This document shows, piece by piece, positions 17,698-27,325 of a stretch of DNA of 31,524 bases. Below the pieces are notes generated by a model that saw only the letters and a list, made by a program, of their open reading frames with translations, searched no databases and had not been told where the DNA came from. Origin of the DNA: Pseudothermotoga sp. (lineage in GTDB: Bacteria > Thermotogota > Thermotogae > Thermotogales > DSM-5069); NCBI GenBank assembly GCA_031962025.1, contig JAVRKW010000014.1. The stretch is one strand, 5' to 3'. A program made the position numbers and the translations under genes. Position 1 is the stretch's first letter; each line of letters opens with the position of its first letter.

Positions 17698-18206
17698 TCG
17701 AGATACCCTATATAAGGAAGATTTCTGTATTTTTCTTCGTAGTCCAGTCCGTAGCCCACAAGGAAGACATCCCCTACCTTGAATCCGACAAAGTCGATCG
17801 GTACACCGTGCTGGTATTTTTCTTTCTCTATCAGCGCTGCGATTTTCAGATCTGCCGGCTTGTACTTTCTAAGGTAAGAAAGAATGTATCTGAGTGTGTT
17901 GCCGGTGTCGACGATATCTTCCACGACAAGCACGTATTTTCCCTGCAGAGCTTCATCCACCCAGGATTTGACCCTTATTCTGCCGGTGGACTCAGTTCCC
18001 GCGTAACTTGAAACATGTACAAAAGAATAGTTCACATTCATGTTGATGTTCAAAACCAGCTCACTGAAAAAATGCACAGAACCTTTGAGAATGCAAATCG
18101 CACATATAGAATCTGTTTTTCCACGGTAATAATCTTCTATCTGACGCGCCATGTCTTTGATTTTTCTGTGAACTGTTTCTTGATCAAATAGGACTTTTAG
18201 TTGCAC
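17676..18206 (-). CDS. hpt: Hypoxanthine phosphoribosyltransferase (last 6 codons supplied by the inserted element)
   Basis: ILKGS..F, VSSY, VLVVEDIVDTGNT and FLVGYGLDY.EKYRNLPYIG. Confidence 0.95.
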   Translation of the reverse strand: MQLKVLFDQETVHRKIKDMARQIEDYYRGKTDSICAICILKGSVHFFSELVLNINMNVNYSFVHVSSYAGTESTGRIRVKSWVDEALQGKYVLVVEDIVDTGNTLRYILSYLRKYKPADLKIAALIEKEKYQHGVPIDFVGFKVGDVFLVGYGLDYEEKYRNLPYIGYLESTTPHL

Positions 18207-18219
18207 AGAATGCCTCCCT

Positions 18220-18852
18220 TCAAATGCTCAAAACGCAAACAAGTCTGCTGTGGTTTTTAATCTGTTCATCGACTTCAATGATGTTACTGCCCACATATTT
18301 TACATTTTCGCACAATTTTGTGAATTCTTCAACAGGTGCTATGTCAAACCTGATGTACCTGGTTTTGAAGTGCATCGGGATTGCCACATGAGGGTTAATT
18401 TGATCAAGAACTTTTTTTGCATCGGCCGGTCCTGTTGTGAACGTTCCGCCAACGGGCAGCATCAGTACGTCAACTGGTTTGATTTGATCAATTTGAGTCT
18501 GATTCAAAACATGTCCAAGATCACCCAGGTGTGCTATTCTGAAGTCTCCTGTGTCAAAAACAAAAACTGTGTTCTGCCCTCTTTTTGCACCGGATTCTGA
18601 ATCATGAAATGTCTTGATTCCTGTGATTTTCACACCTTTGAGCTGATAAACTCCCGGGTCTTTGAAAAGTTCGAACTTTCCTTTTATCAAGTGATGTGCG
18701 TTGTGATCGAAATGCTGATGGCTTTCGGTGATTATATCCACGAGCACATTCGGTACTTTGTACCCAACCGAGCTGTCAAAAGGATCGGTGAGTATCCTGA
18801 CATCGCCGGTTTCAATGAGAAAACACGCATGACCAAACCACGTGATTCTCAT
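18220..18852 (-). CDS. MBL-fold metallo-hydrolase (UlaG/UPF0173-like)
   Basis: WFGHACF, TDPF, SHQHFDH, HLGDLG, PVGG, PMHF. Confidence 0.88.
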   Translation of the reverse strand: MRITWFGHACFLIETGDVRILTDPFDSSVGYKVPNVLVDIITESHQHFDHNAHHLIKGKFELFKDPGVYQLKGVKITGIKTFHDSESGAKRGQNTVFVFDTGDFRIAHLGDLGHVLNQTQIDQIKPVDVLMLPVGGTFTTGPADAKKVLDQINPHVAIPMHFKTRYIRFDIAPVEEFTKLCENVKYVGSNIIEVDEQIKNHSRLVCVLSI

Positions 18853-18960
18853 TTAAAACACCCCCTTGGTTTATGAACAAACAAGATTTTCTCTTGTTCG
18901 GATAACAAAATTATACCAGCAACGTGCCTTGTATTTATAGGAATAACCCGATGAGTTTAG

Positions 18961-18985
18961 TAGCAATCAAGAGTAACGATTGCTA
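18961..18985. promoter_or_regulatory. CIRCE-like HrcA operator
   Basis: TAGCAATC-N9-GATTGCTA, a perfect 8-bp inverted repeat with a 9-nt spacer. Compare the consensus TTAGCACTC-N9-GAGTGCTAA. It lies upstream of dnaK. Confidence 0.8.
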
Positions 18986-19070
18986 TACAGTTTATATGAG
19001 AAAATATTTATACAAATAAAAATACTATGGAAAGTCATTTTTAGAATATAGCAAATATTCAAAGGAACCC

Positions 19071-19099
19071 TTGACAAACCACTTGATCATCCATATAAT
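19071..19099 (+). promoter_or_regulatory. Consensus sigma70 promoter of the dnaK operon
   Basis: TTGACA-17 nt-TATAAT, a perfect consensus. SD AGGAGGTG lies before ATG 19129. Confidence 0.9.
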
Positions 19100-19128
19100 C
19101 AAGTTGGAAACTCACAGGAGGTGAAACG

Positions 19129-20904
19129 ATGAGTGAAAGAGAATATGTTGTCGGTATCGATCTGGGTACGACAAATTCAGTCATAGCCTGGATGAAGCCA
19201 GATGGTTCAATTGAGGTTATACCCAATGCCGAGGGAGGTAGGCTGACACCTTCAATAGTCGCCTTTACCAAAACGGGCGAGATAATCGTTGGAGAACCTG
19301 CCAAAAGGCAAATGATTCTCAACTCTGAGAGAACAATCAAGTCAATAAAGCGAAAGATGGGCACCGATTACAAGGTGAGAATCGACGACAAACAGTATAC
19401 ACCGCAGCAGATAAGCGCCTTTATCTTGCAGAAGATGAAAAAAGATGCAGAACAGTACCTGAATGGAAAGATCAAAAAAGCGGTCATCACCTGTCCTGCA
19501 TACTTCAACGATGCTCAGAGACAGGCAACAAAAGAAGCAGGTCAGATTGCAGGATTCGATGTATTGAGAATCATAAACGAACCTACCGCGGCAGCACTCG
19601 CTTATGGTCTTGATAAGAAAAAGGAGCAGAAGGTCCTTGTTTATGACCTCGGTGGTGGAACATTTGATGTTTCCATACTCGAGATCGGAGAAGGCGTGAT
19701 TCAGGTCGTGGCAACATCCGGAAACAACCACTTGGGTGGCGACGACTTTGACCAGAGAATCGTCGACTGGATGGCTGAGGAGTTCAAGAAACAACACGGT
19801 GTTGATCTCAGAGAAGATAGACAGGCTCTGCAGAGACTGAGAGATGCCGCAGAAAAAGCCAAGATAGAGCTTTCAAGCAAACTTGAAACCGATATAAGTC
19901 TTCCATATATCACGGCTACAGCTTCTGGACCACTGCATCTTGAAATGAGACTCACAAGATCTCTGTATGAATCGCTCGTGAAAGACCTGTTCGATATGAC
20001 AAAAGGTCCTGTTGAAAAAGCACTGAACGACGCAAAATTGTCTCCAAGAGACATAGACGAAGTAATACTCGTCGGTGGTATGACTCGATCCCCGATGGTG
20101 CACAAGATCATACAGGATATCTTCGGCAAAGAACCCAACAAGAGCGTGAACCCGGATGAAGCTGTGGCAATAGGCGCAGCAATTCAGGCGGCGATTCTAG
20201 CCGGAGAGGCAAAAGAAAAAGACATAGTGCTTGTGGATGTCACACCGCTGACACTTGGTATCGAAGTCAAAGGTGGATTGATGGAACCAATCATACCCAG
20301 GAACACGACAATACCAGTGAAGAAAAGCAAGATCTTCACGACAGCAGAAGATTACCAAACAGAGGTCGAGGTCAGAGTTTATCAGGGCGAAAGAACAATG
20401 GCAAGGGACAATATATTCCTTGGAAGTTTCAGACTTGTGGATATACCACCAGCTCCAAGAGGTGTGCCACAGATAGAAGTGACATTCGACATAGATAGCG
20501 ATGGAATCGTGCATGTTTCCGCAAAAGACCTTGCATCCAACAAAGAACAATCGATGGTTGTGACAGGCAGGCACAAACTCAGAGAAGAAGAAATCAGAAA
20601 GATGATGGAAGAAGCCCAGAAATACGAAGAACAGGACAGAAGAAAACGTGAAGAAATCGAACTCAAGAACAAAGCAGATGATCTTGCTTACAGCGTCAGC
20701 AAATCTTTGAAAGAGCACGCAGACAAACTGCCAGCAGATCTAAAATCAAGGCTCGAACAACTGGTCAACGATCTGAGAGATGCGATAAACAAAGATGATA
20801 TTCCAAGAGTCAAGATGCTCTTTGATGAATTACAGCAGGAGAGTATGAAAATTGGTCAGTATCTGTACGAAAGTGTCAGAAAAGAACAATCAAGTTCACA
20901 ATAA
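19129..20904 (+). CDS. dnaK: Chaperone DnaK (Hsp70)
   Basis: [38 protein letters not shown] and [12 protein letters not shown]. Confidence 0.98.
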   Translation: MSEREYVVGIDLGTTNSVIAWMKPDGSIEVIPNAEGGRLTPSIVAFTKTGEIIVGEPAKRQMILNSERTIKSIKRKMGTDYKVRIDDKQYTPQQISAFILQKMKKDAEQYLNGKIKKAVITCPAYFNDAQRQATKEAGQIAGFDVLRIINEPTAAALAYGLDKKKEQKVLVYDLGGGTFDVSILEIGEGVIQVVATSGNNHLGGDDFDQRIVDWMAEEFKKQHGVDLREDRQALQRLRDAAEKAKIELSSKLETDISLPYITATASGPLHLEMRLTRSLYESLVKDLFDMTKGPVEKALNDAKLSPRDIDEVILVGGMTRSPMVHKIIQDIFGKEPNKSVNPDEAVAIGAAIQAAILAGEAKEKDIVLVDVTPLTLGIEVKGGLMEPIIPRNTTIPVKKSKIFTTAEDYQTEVEVRVYQGERTMARDNIFLGSFRLVDIPPAPRGVPQIEVTFDIDSDGIVHVSAKDLASNKEQSMVVTGRHKLREEEIRKMMEEAQKYEEQDRRKREEIELKNKADDLAYSVSKSLKEHADKLPADLKSRLEQLVNDLRDAINKDDIPRVKMLFDELQQESMKIGQYLYESVRKEQSSSQ

Positions 20905-20928
20905 AAATTCTTGAAAGGAGGGGTCTTC

Positions 20929-21372
20929 ATGTTGCTGGAAAGGCGTGAAGATTTCATGAAACCATTCAGAGAACTTCAACGTGAAATCGACAGACTCTTT
21001 GAAGACTTTTTCACTCCAATGACTCGCAGAAGTGCAACTTATTCGTACCTGCCAGACATCGACGTGTACGAAACAGATGACTCGGTAGTCGTCGAAGTTG
21101 AAGTCCCCGGAATGGATAAAAAAGATTTCCAGGTAAAGGTCGAAGATGGTATATTGAGAATCACCGGCGAGAAGAAGCTTGAGCGCGAGAAAGAAAATAG
21201 AAACTACAAAGTCGTTGAAAGATGCTATGGAAAATTTGAAAGATCGCTGTCTTTGCCCGATTACGTTGACCCGGACAAGGTAAAAGCAAAATACGAAAAC
21301 GGAGTTCTGACAATTTCTCTGCCCAAGCGTGAAGAAAAGAAAGCCAAAGTAGTGGATGTGAAAATCGATTAA
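20929..21372 (+). CDS. Small heat-shock protein (Hsp20/alpha-crystallin)
   Basis: PDIDVYET, EVPG, ERCYGKFERS, AKYENGVL and C-terminal V-x-I. Start set at ATG 20929 after SD AAGGAGG. Confidence 0.95.
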   Translation: MLLERREDFMKPFRELQREIDRLFEDFFTPMTRRSATYSYLPDIDVYETDDSVVVEVEVPGMDKKDFQVKVEDGILRITGEKKLEREKENRNYKVVERCYGKFERSLSLPDYVDPDKVKAKYENGVLTISLPKREEKKAKVVDVKID

Positions 21373-21374
21373 GA

Positions 21375-21398
21375 AATGGGGCGGGCAACCGCCCCATT
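21375..21398 (+). terminator. GC-rich intergenic hairpin (partial terminator or mRNA stabiliser) between hsp20 and clp
   Basis: AATGGGGCGG-GCAA-CCGCCCCATT, a 10-bp perfect stem with a GNRA loop and only a weak U-tract. Confidence 0.7.
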
Positions 21399-21416
21399 AA
21401 TTTAGGAGGTGAAACG

Positions 21417-23639
21417 ATGCTGGATTTCAAAGACTATACAGAAAGTGCCCAGAGAGTTCTCACTTCTGTGCAGGATATTTTGAACAGATTCTCACAGAGT
21501 CAGATGTCTTCAGAACACATCTTGCTTGCCATTCTTGAAGATGGCGATAATGCCGCTGTGGATATTCTGAGAAAGATCGGTGTGAACATAGATGTTCTCA
21601 AGGATGAGACATCGTCTTTTGTGAGCAGATATGGAATGAGGACAGGTGCTGTTTCAAGTTCTGTTGGACAGATTTACATAACTCCGGATGCAAGGCATGT
21701 CCTTGAAGAAGCACGCAAAGAAGCAAGAAGAATGGGAGACGAAAAGGTGGGAACAGACCACTTACTTTTGGGCATGATACTGGCTCCAAGCTCGATGACA
21801 TACAGATTGCTTTCAAGACAAGGTGTTACTCCAGATAAAGTGTACGAGGCTATCAGAGAATTGCGTACCAGCGGTAAAACCGCTGAAGACGAGAATGTCG
21901 ACGTACTTTTCAAATTCACAGAAGATCTCACAAAGATGGCAAAAGAAGGTAAATTATTACCTGTTATCGGGCGGGAGAAAGAGATTTTCAGAACCATACA
22001 GATTCTGGGAAGAAAGTTCAAGAACAACCCGGTTTTGATAGGAGACCCCGGTGTTGGAAAAACAGCCATCGTGGAAGGTTTGGCTCAAAAGATCGTCGCC
22101 GGTGATGTACCGAACTTTCTCAAAAACAAGAAGATTTTAAAACTCGACATGGGAAGAATCATAGCTGGCACCAAGTTCAGAGGAGAATTCGAAGAGAGAA
22201 TGAAAAAATTGATAGACGCACTCAGAAAAAACGCCGGACAGTACATACTGTTCATCGATGAACTTCACACGGTAGTGGGTGCGGGTGCGGCAGAAGGTGC
22301 TGTGGATGCGGCAAATCTTCTCAAACCGGAACTTGCTCGCGGTGAGATGCAGGTTGTTGGTGCTACAACGGTGAATGAATACAGAAAATATGTTGAAAAA
22401 GACAAAGCACTCGCTCGAAGATTTCAGCCAATTCTGGTCGGTGAGCCTTCGGTGGAGGATACCATAGAAATACTGAGGGGAATCAAAAAAGAATTCGAAA
22501 AACACCACGAAGTCACCATAACAGATGAAGCTCTAATCGCCGCAGCTCGTCTTGGTGCAAGGTATATCACAGATAGATTTTTGCCGGACAAAGCTATAGA
22601 TTTGATCGATGAAGCGGCATCTGCGGTGAGACTTGAGGGCAACGGGAAGGTCGTGGATGAGAACCAGATAGCCAGAGTGGTTGAACTCTGGACCGGTATT
22701 CCAGTTTCAAGAATGCTTCAGTCAGAAAGGGAAAAACTGATGAACCTTGAACAGCTTTTGCACAAAAGAATTGTCAACCAGGACGATGCTGTTAGAGTGA
22801 TCGCTCAGACGATCAGGAAGGCAAGAGCTGGCTTGAAAGATCCAAAAAGACCAAATGGTGTCTTTTTGTTCCTTGGACCGACAGGTGTTGGTAAAACGGA
22901 ACTTGCCAAAGCTCTCGCCGAGGTTCTCTTTGGAAGTGAAGATGCATTGATAAGAATTGATATGAGCGAGTATACAGAAAAACACACCGTCAGCAGATTG
23001 ATCGGTGCTCCTCCGGGATATGTCGGTTACGAAGAAGGTGGACAGCTCACCGAGCAGGTTAGAAGAAGACCGTACAGCGTTGTACTGCTCGATGAAATAG
23101 AAAAAGCGCATCAGGAAGTTTTCAACGTACTGCTTCAGGTCTTTGATGATGGAAGATTGACAGATGGCAAGGGAAATACTGTTGATTTCAAAAACACAGT
23201 CATAATAATGACAAGCAACATCGCAAGCGAGCACATACTTGATGCACTTGAAGAAGGAATTAATGATCTGACAGAGTTGATTGAGAATGAAATGAGAGAA
23301 TATTTCAAACCAGAGTTCATAAACAGGATAGACGCGGCAATAGTTTTCAAACCGCTGACGATTGAACACATGAAACAGATAGTAGAACTTCAGCTTGAAA
23401 AGGTTGCTCAGCGCATCAAAGAGCAGAATAGAAATGTTCTGTTCACAGAACAGGCAAAAGAGTATCTTGCAAAGCGCGGTTATATTCCTGCAATGGGTGC
23501 AAGACCTTTGAAGCGTGTTATAGAAAACGAAATTGAAGCACCCATAGCAGACAAAATCATATCGCAGGAGTTCAAAGAAGGCTCAACGATGATAGTCGAT
23601 GCGGACGAATATGGAATCATATTCAAAGAGGGGCAGTAA
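21417..23639 (+). CDS. Hsp100/Clp AAA+ ATPase (ClpA/B/C family) with N-domain and two NBDs
   Basis: Two Clp-N repeats (SSEHILL, GTDHLLL), [38 protein letters not shown] and GARPL. Confidence 0.95.
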   Translation: MLDFKDYTESAQRVLTSVQDILNRFSQSQMSSEHILLAILEDGDNAAVDILRKIGVNIDVLKDETSSFVSRYGMRTGAVSSSVGQIYITPDARHVLEEARKEARRMGDEKVGTDHLLLGMILAPSSMTYRLLSRQGVTPDKVYEAIRELRTSGKTAEDENVDVLFKFTEDLTKMAKEGKLLPVIGREKEIFRTIQILGRKFKNNPVLIGDPGVGKTAIVEGLAQKIVAGDVPNFLKNKKILKLDMGRIIAGTKFRGEFEERMKKLIDALRKNAGQYILFIDELHTVVGAGAAEGAVDAANLLKPELARGEMQVVGATTVNEYRKYVEKDKALARRFQPILVGEPSVEDTIEILRGIKKEFEKHHEVTITDEALIAAARLGARYITDRFLPDKAIDLIDEAASAVRLEGNGKVVDENQIARVVELWTGIPVSRMLQSEREKLMNLEQLLHKRIVNQDDAVRVIAQTIRKARAGLKDPKRPNGVFLFLGPTGVGKTELAKALAEVLFGSEDALIRIDMSEYTEKHTVSRLIGAPPGYVGYEEGGQLTEQVRRRPYSVVLLDEIEKAHQEVFNVLLQVFDDGRLTDGKGNTVDFKNTVIIMTSNIASEHILDALEEGINDLTELIENEMREYFKPEFINRIDAAIVFKPLTIEHMKQIVELQLEKVAQRIKEQNRNVLFTEQAKEYLAKRGYIPAMGARPLKRVIENEIEAPIADKIISQEFKEGSTMIVDADEYGIIFKEGQ

Positions 23640-23647
23640 TGCCCCTC
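23628..23647. terminator. Hairpin at the convergent clp/lacI junction
   Basis: GAGGGGCA-GTAA-TGCCCCTC overlaps both stop codons and is followed by ATATTTTT. Confidence 0.65.
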
Positions 23648-24671
23648 ATATTTTTGCAACTGATTGGCGTTCGATAAAGTGAGCTTTTAAGATGGTTTTG
23701 CTGTTTTTTCCGTCGTGTATCACTTTGTTCAACAGCAGTGTTGCCGCTATTAAACCCATCTGCTCCGGTTCCTGAGCAACACAGGTGATTGGTGGATCAA
23801 AGATCTGATTCCAGTAAGAGTCGTCAAAGCAGACAATGGATATGTCTTCTGGTACCTTCAACCTCAAATCTTTTATGGCTTTCATGACACCGAGCATCAT
23901 CAGATTGTTGCTTACAATCAAAGCAGTTGGTTTTTCTTTCAGAAGGAAGAGTTTTCTTGCGGCTTGGTAAGCACCTTCCTGACTGGATCCACCATCTAAA
24001 ATCCATTCTTCTTTGACCTCTATTTTGAGTTCTTTGCAAACCTTGAGAGCACCGTTCAGCCTCATCCTGCCGGTGAAAGATTTCGATCTGAGAGTTATAA
24101 TGCCAAGGGTTTCGTGCCCATTTTTGTGAAGATATTCGACCAGTTCTCTGACACCTGCTTCGTTGTCTGTTATCACATAGCTTGTGTCGATGTCGGGTAC
24201 GATTCTGTCAAAAAATACCAGCGGTATGTCGTTTTTTAAAACCTTTTCATAAAGAAATCTGTTTCCACCGGAATCAACAGGTGCGGCTAAGATGCCCTCA
24301 ACTCTCTGGCTTATGAGTGTTTTGAGATTTTCCTCTTCATGCTGGGGATCTTCATCGGTCGAACACAAAAGCAAATGATAACCAACGGGATTGAAGACTT
24401 TTTCCATACCTCTCGCAATTTGCGCGAAAAAAGGATTTGCTATGTCTGGTATGAGTACACCGACGATTCTGGTCTTTCCTTTTTTCAAACCAGTAGCAGT
24501 CATATCCGGGGAGTAACCCATTTGCTCTGCGATTTGAAGTATTTTTTTTCGTAATTCGTCGCTTACACCGGGTTTTCCGTTCAAAGCCCTCGAAACAGTT
24601 GAAACATTGACTTTCGCAATTTTTGCGATATCTTTGATTGTAACTTTCAGACACCACACCTCTTTATGCAC
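23646..24671 (-). CDS. LacI-family transcriptional regulator
   Basis: TIKDIAKIAKVNVSTVSRALN HTH, NPFF, VFFDR, VPEDISIVCFDD and PPIT. The true start is probably a few codons downstream (24659 GTG or 24650 CTG). Confidence 0.95.
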   Translation of the reverse strand: MHKEVWCLKVTIKDIAKIAKVNVSTVSRALNGKPGVSDELRKKILQIAEQMGYSPDMTATGLKKGKTRIVGVLIPDIANPFFAQIARGMEKVFNPVGYHLLLCSTDEDPQHEEENLKTLISQRVEGILAAPVDSGGNRFLYEKVLKNDIPLVFFDRIVPDIDTSYVITDNEAGVRELVEYLHKNGHETLGIITLRSKSFTGRMRLNGALKVCKELKIEVKEEWILDGGSSQEGAYQAARKLFLLKEKPTALIVSNNLMMLGVMKAIKDLRLKVPEDISIVCFDDSYWNQIFDPPITCVAQEPEQMGLIAATLLLNKVIHDGKNSKTILKAHFIERQSVAKI

Positions 24672-24813
24672 AAACTGTGGAATTGCTTTTACCGATTTTA
24701 TTGTACAACATTTATAAAGGCAATCAATCGGCAGAAATGTCCAGTTTGTTCGATTTTCGCCGGATAAATTAGAGATTTTCCATTTTTCTCATTTTTGTCT
24801 TGATTTTCTTTGA

Positions 24814-24842
24814 TTGACTTTTGTTATTACTTGGTTTATTCT
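24814..24842 (+). promoter_or_regulatory. Sigma70-type promoter of the fucI-like operon
   Basis: TTGACT-17 nt-TATTCT. Confidence 0.65.
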
Positions 24843-24854
24843 TTATTTGAATGT

Positions 24855-24870
24855 ACGCAAACGAATGCGT
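24855..24870. promoter_or_regulatory. LacI-family operator candidate
   Basis: ACGCAAAC-GAATGCGT is an imperfect palindrome with a central CG. It lies just downstream of the -10, next to the divergent lacI gene. Confidence 0.65.
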
Positions 24871-24897
24871 TTCCATGCACTGAAAGGGGTGTTAATA

Positions 24898-26313
24898 TTG
24901 AAAAGAAAGGTCGGTATTCTCACCTTTTCTGATGGAAGGGAATATGTGCACAGAGAGTTGATTCAGATCAACAGAAAATTCGAAGATGATCTTGTGAAAG
25001 CTCTTGAATCAACCGGTGAAATAGAAGTCATAAGGGCAAACCAAATAGTCTACAAACCATCGATTGCAAAACAACAGGCTCTTTTCCTGAGAGATAAAGG
25101 TGCTCAGATGACGATTTTCAATTACGCAGTCTGGGCTTTTCCTCATTTCAGTGTGATCGCAAGCAAATTCGCACCCGCACCATTTTTGCTTTTTGGAAAC
25201 ATAAATCCAAAATACCCCGGTATGGTTGGAATGCTCGCCGCTGCCGGTGCACTTGATCAGGATGGTACTCAAACATACAGAGTCTGGGGAGATATGAAAC
25301 AAGGTGAAGTTTTGAAAAAAGTTCTTGCTTTTGTGAGGGCTTCAACTGCAAAAAATACTTTGAAGGGTCAAAGATACGGTCTTTTTGGTGGAAGATCAAT
25401 GGGTATGTACACAGCAGTGCCGAATGTGGACCTGTGGAACAAACTATTTGGAATAGATATAGAACATATAGACCAGCTTGAGATCATCGAAAAAAGTAAA
25501 AAAGTACCGGATCAGGATGCAAAACGTGCAAGAGAATGGCTTGAAAAAATGGTGAAAAAAATTCACTACGATGGCAAGCAACTCACACCGGAAAAACTGC
25601 AGTTGCAGATCAAAAGTTATTACGCAGTGAAAAAAATGTGCGAGGAACTCGAGCTCGATTTCACAGGTATCAAAGCACAACCGGAACTCACAGAACATTT
25701 TGTCACCATGGACCTCACAGAAGCTTTCATGAACGATCCATACGATTTCGATGGTCCAAAAGAGCCCATCGTCTGTGCCACAGAAGCAGATTCAGATGGT
25801 GCTCTGACAATGCAGATATTCAAGTTGATCTCAAATCAACCCGTTTTGTTTGCAGATGTTCGTCATTATGATGAGCAGGATGGCTTCTTTGATCTGTGTA
25901 ATTCTGGAGAACATGCGACATTTTTCGCAGCGAAGTCGTATGATCCTGCTGTAAACCTTGCAAAGGTAGAACTCTACCCGGAAAGTTTCTATTTTCCGGC
26001 AGGTGGAGCCTCTATAAGGCATATTGCGGCACCTGGAGAAGTTACCTTGGGACGGCTTACTAGAAAAAACGGAGAATATGTCATGACTGTAATCAAAGGA
26101 GAATTTCTGGATTTTGGTGAACAGAAGAACGAAGAAAAAGCGAGAAATACACAGGTTGAATGGCCCCATGCTTTTGCAAAACTGAAGATATCAGCCGATG
26201 AGTTTTTAGCAAATTATGGTTCCAATCATATCCATGGGGTGTATGGAGACTATGTGGAAGAGATCAAGCATTTTTGCAGGTTAAGCGGATTAAAAATTAG
26301 TGTATGTGCGTGA
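24898..26313 (+). CDS. L-fucose/D-arabinose isomerase-family protein
   Basis: GMVG.LAA, FGGRSMGM, and metal-ligand motifs CATEADSDG, FADVR and YGSNHIH, plus DLCNSG and WPHAF. Start set at TTG 24898 after SD AAGGGG. Confidence 0.88.
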   Translation: MKRKVGILTFSDGREYVHRELIQINRKFEDDLVKALESTGEIEVIRANQIVYKPSIAKQQALFLRDKGAQMTIFNYAVWAFPHFSVIASKFAPAPFLLFGNINPKYPGMVGMLAAAGALDQDGTQTYRVWGDMKQGEVLKKVLAFVRASTAKNTLKGQRYGLFGGRSMGMYTAVPNVDLWNKLFGIDIEHIDQLEIIEKSKKVPDQDAKRAREWLEKMVKKIHYDGKQLTPEKLQLQIKSYYAVKKMCEELELDFTGIKAQPELTEHFVTMDLTEAFMNDPYDFDGPKEPIVCATEADSDGALTMQIFKLISNQPVLFADVRHYDEQDGFFDLCNSGEHATFFAAKSYDPAVNLAKVELYPESFYFPAGGASIRHIAAPGEVTLGRLTRKNGEYVMTVIKGEFLDFGEQKNEEKARNTQVEWPHAFAKLKISADEFLANYGSNHIHGVYGDYVEEIKHFCRLSGLKISVCA

Positions 26314-26468
26314 ATTTCTCCATCAACTATCCCTGCTGAGGAGGTGAGAGTTCTCAGATGTGAGAGTGCATTTTTGCAAATAAGATCAGGTAAAAACTGG
26401 GATATGAGCTCTAAAATGCAATATAGTTTGTTAAATGTTGATCCACAAAATCAAGGTGATTTAAGGAG

Positions 26469-27269
26469 GTGTCTGGTATGAAAAGGTTAATCGGTTTGGT
26501 GGTCTTATTGAGTGTCGTTATGCTTCCTGCTTTCTTGTTTGCGGCCTCAACATTGGAAGAAATAATTAAAAGAGGCAAAATAATTGTAGCCACTGACATG
26601 ACAGCTGTACCCATGCAGTACAGAGACCCTTCAGGCAAACCAACAGGCTTCACAATTGAGTTAATGGAGCTTGCGGCCAAGTATATGGGCGTTGAGATTG
26701 AGTGGAATGACATGGCCTGGGAAAGTTTAATTCCTTCGTTGTTGACTAAAAAAGTTGATATGATAGCTGCAAACATGTCTATGACTCTAACTAGGCTGAA
26801 GACAATAAGGTTCTCTGATCCTTTCTTCTTAACAGGTATAAGGGTACTTGCTAGGAAAGATTCAAAGATGGTTTCATGGAAAGATATAGCTGATCCATCA
26901 GTGAAAATAGGTGCAACGATGGGATCGGTGCACGCTGATTATATTGAAAAACAACTTAAGAAGAAACCATTTTTGTATGAAAATTTGGCAGAATGGCTTA
27001 ATGATCTGAAGAAAGGAAGGATAGATGCTGTTATGGATGACGAGATGCTCTGCATAGAATTGGTGAAGAACAATCCTGAGCTCAAGATTCTCGAAGGATA
27101 CGTACGTCCAGACACTTATGGATTTGCTTTCAGACAAGATCCTGAATCAGATTCTCTGGTGAATTGGTTTAATTGGTTCATCAAGTGGATAAAGCTAACT
27201 GGTGAATATGGGGAAATCTATAAGAAATACACCGGTATGGAATGGAGCCCATCTCCTATAATAGACTGA
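26469..27269 (+). CDS. Polar amino-acid ABC transporter substrate-binding protein (family 3)
   Basis: Signal peptide, TLEEIIKRGKIIVA, WESLIPSL..KKVDMI, FSDPF and GRIDA. The start is GTG 26469 or ATG 26478. Confidence 0.92.
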   Translation: MSGMKRLIGLVVLLSVVMLPAFLFAASTLEEIIKRGKIIVATDMTAVPMQYRDPSGKPTGFTIELMELAAKYMGVEIEWNDMAWESLIPSLLTKKVDMIAANMSMTLTRLKTIRFSDPFFLTGIRVLARKDSKMVSWKDIADPSVKIGATMGSVHADYIEKQLKKKPFLYENLAEWLNDLKKGRIDAVMDDEMLCIELVKNNPELKILEGYVRPDTYGFAFRQDPESDSLVNWFNWFIKWIKLTGEYGEIYKKYTGMEWSPSPIID

Positions 27270-27278
27270 AGAGTTTAT

Positions 27279-27308
27279 TGGGGCGGACTGCACCGTCCGC
27301 CCCATTTT
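27279..27308 (+). terminator. Hairpin after the SBP gene (attenuating terminator or stabiliser)
   Basis: TGGGGCGGAC-TGCACC-GTCCGCCCCA followed by TTTT. Confidence 0.7.
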
Positions 27309-27325
27309 ATGTGGAGGTGTCTTGT

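Noticed and set aside
19129..21372. Short DnaK with no adjacent dnaJ/grpE/hrcA
   Set aside because: dnaK-sHsp separated from hrcA-grpE-dnaJ is the known Thermotoga arrangement.
19059..23371. Numerous minus-strand ORFs (up to 215 aa) opposite dnaK, hsp20 and clp
   Set aside because: They are antisense shadows of highly conserved genes, with no motifs or RBS.
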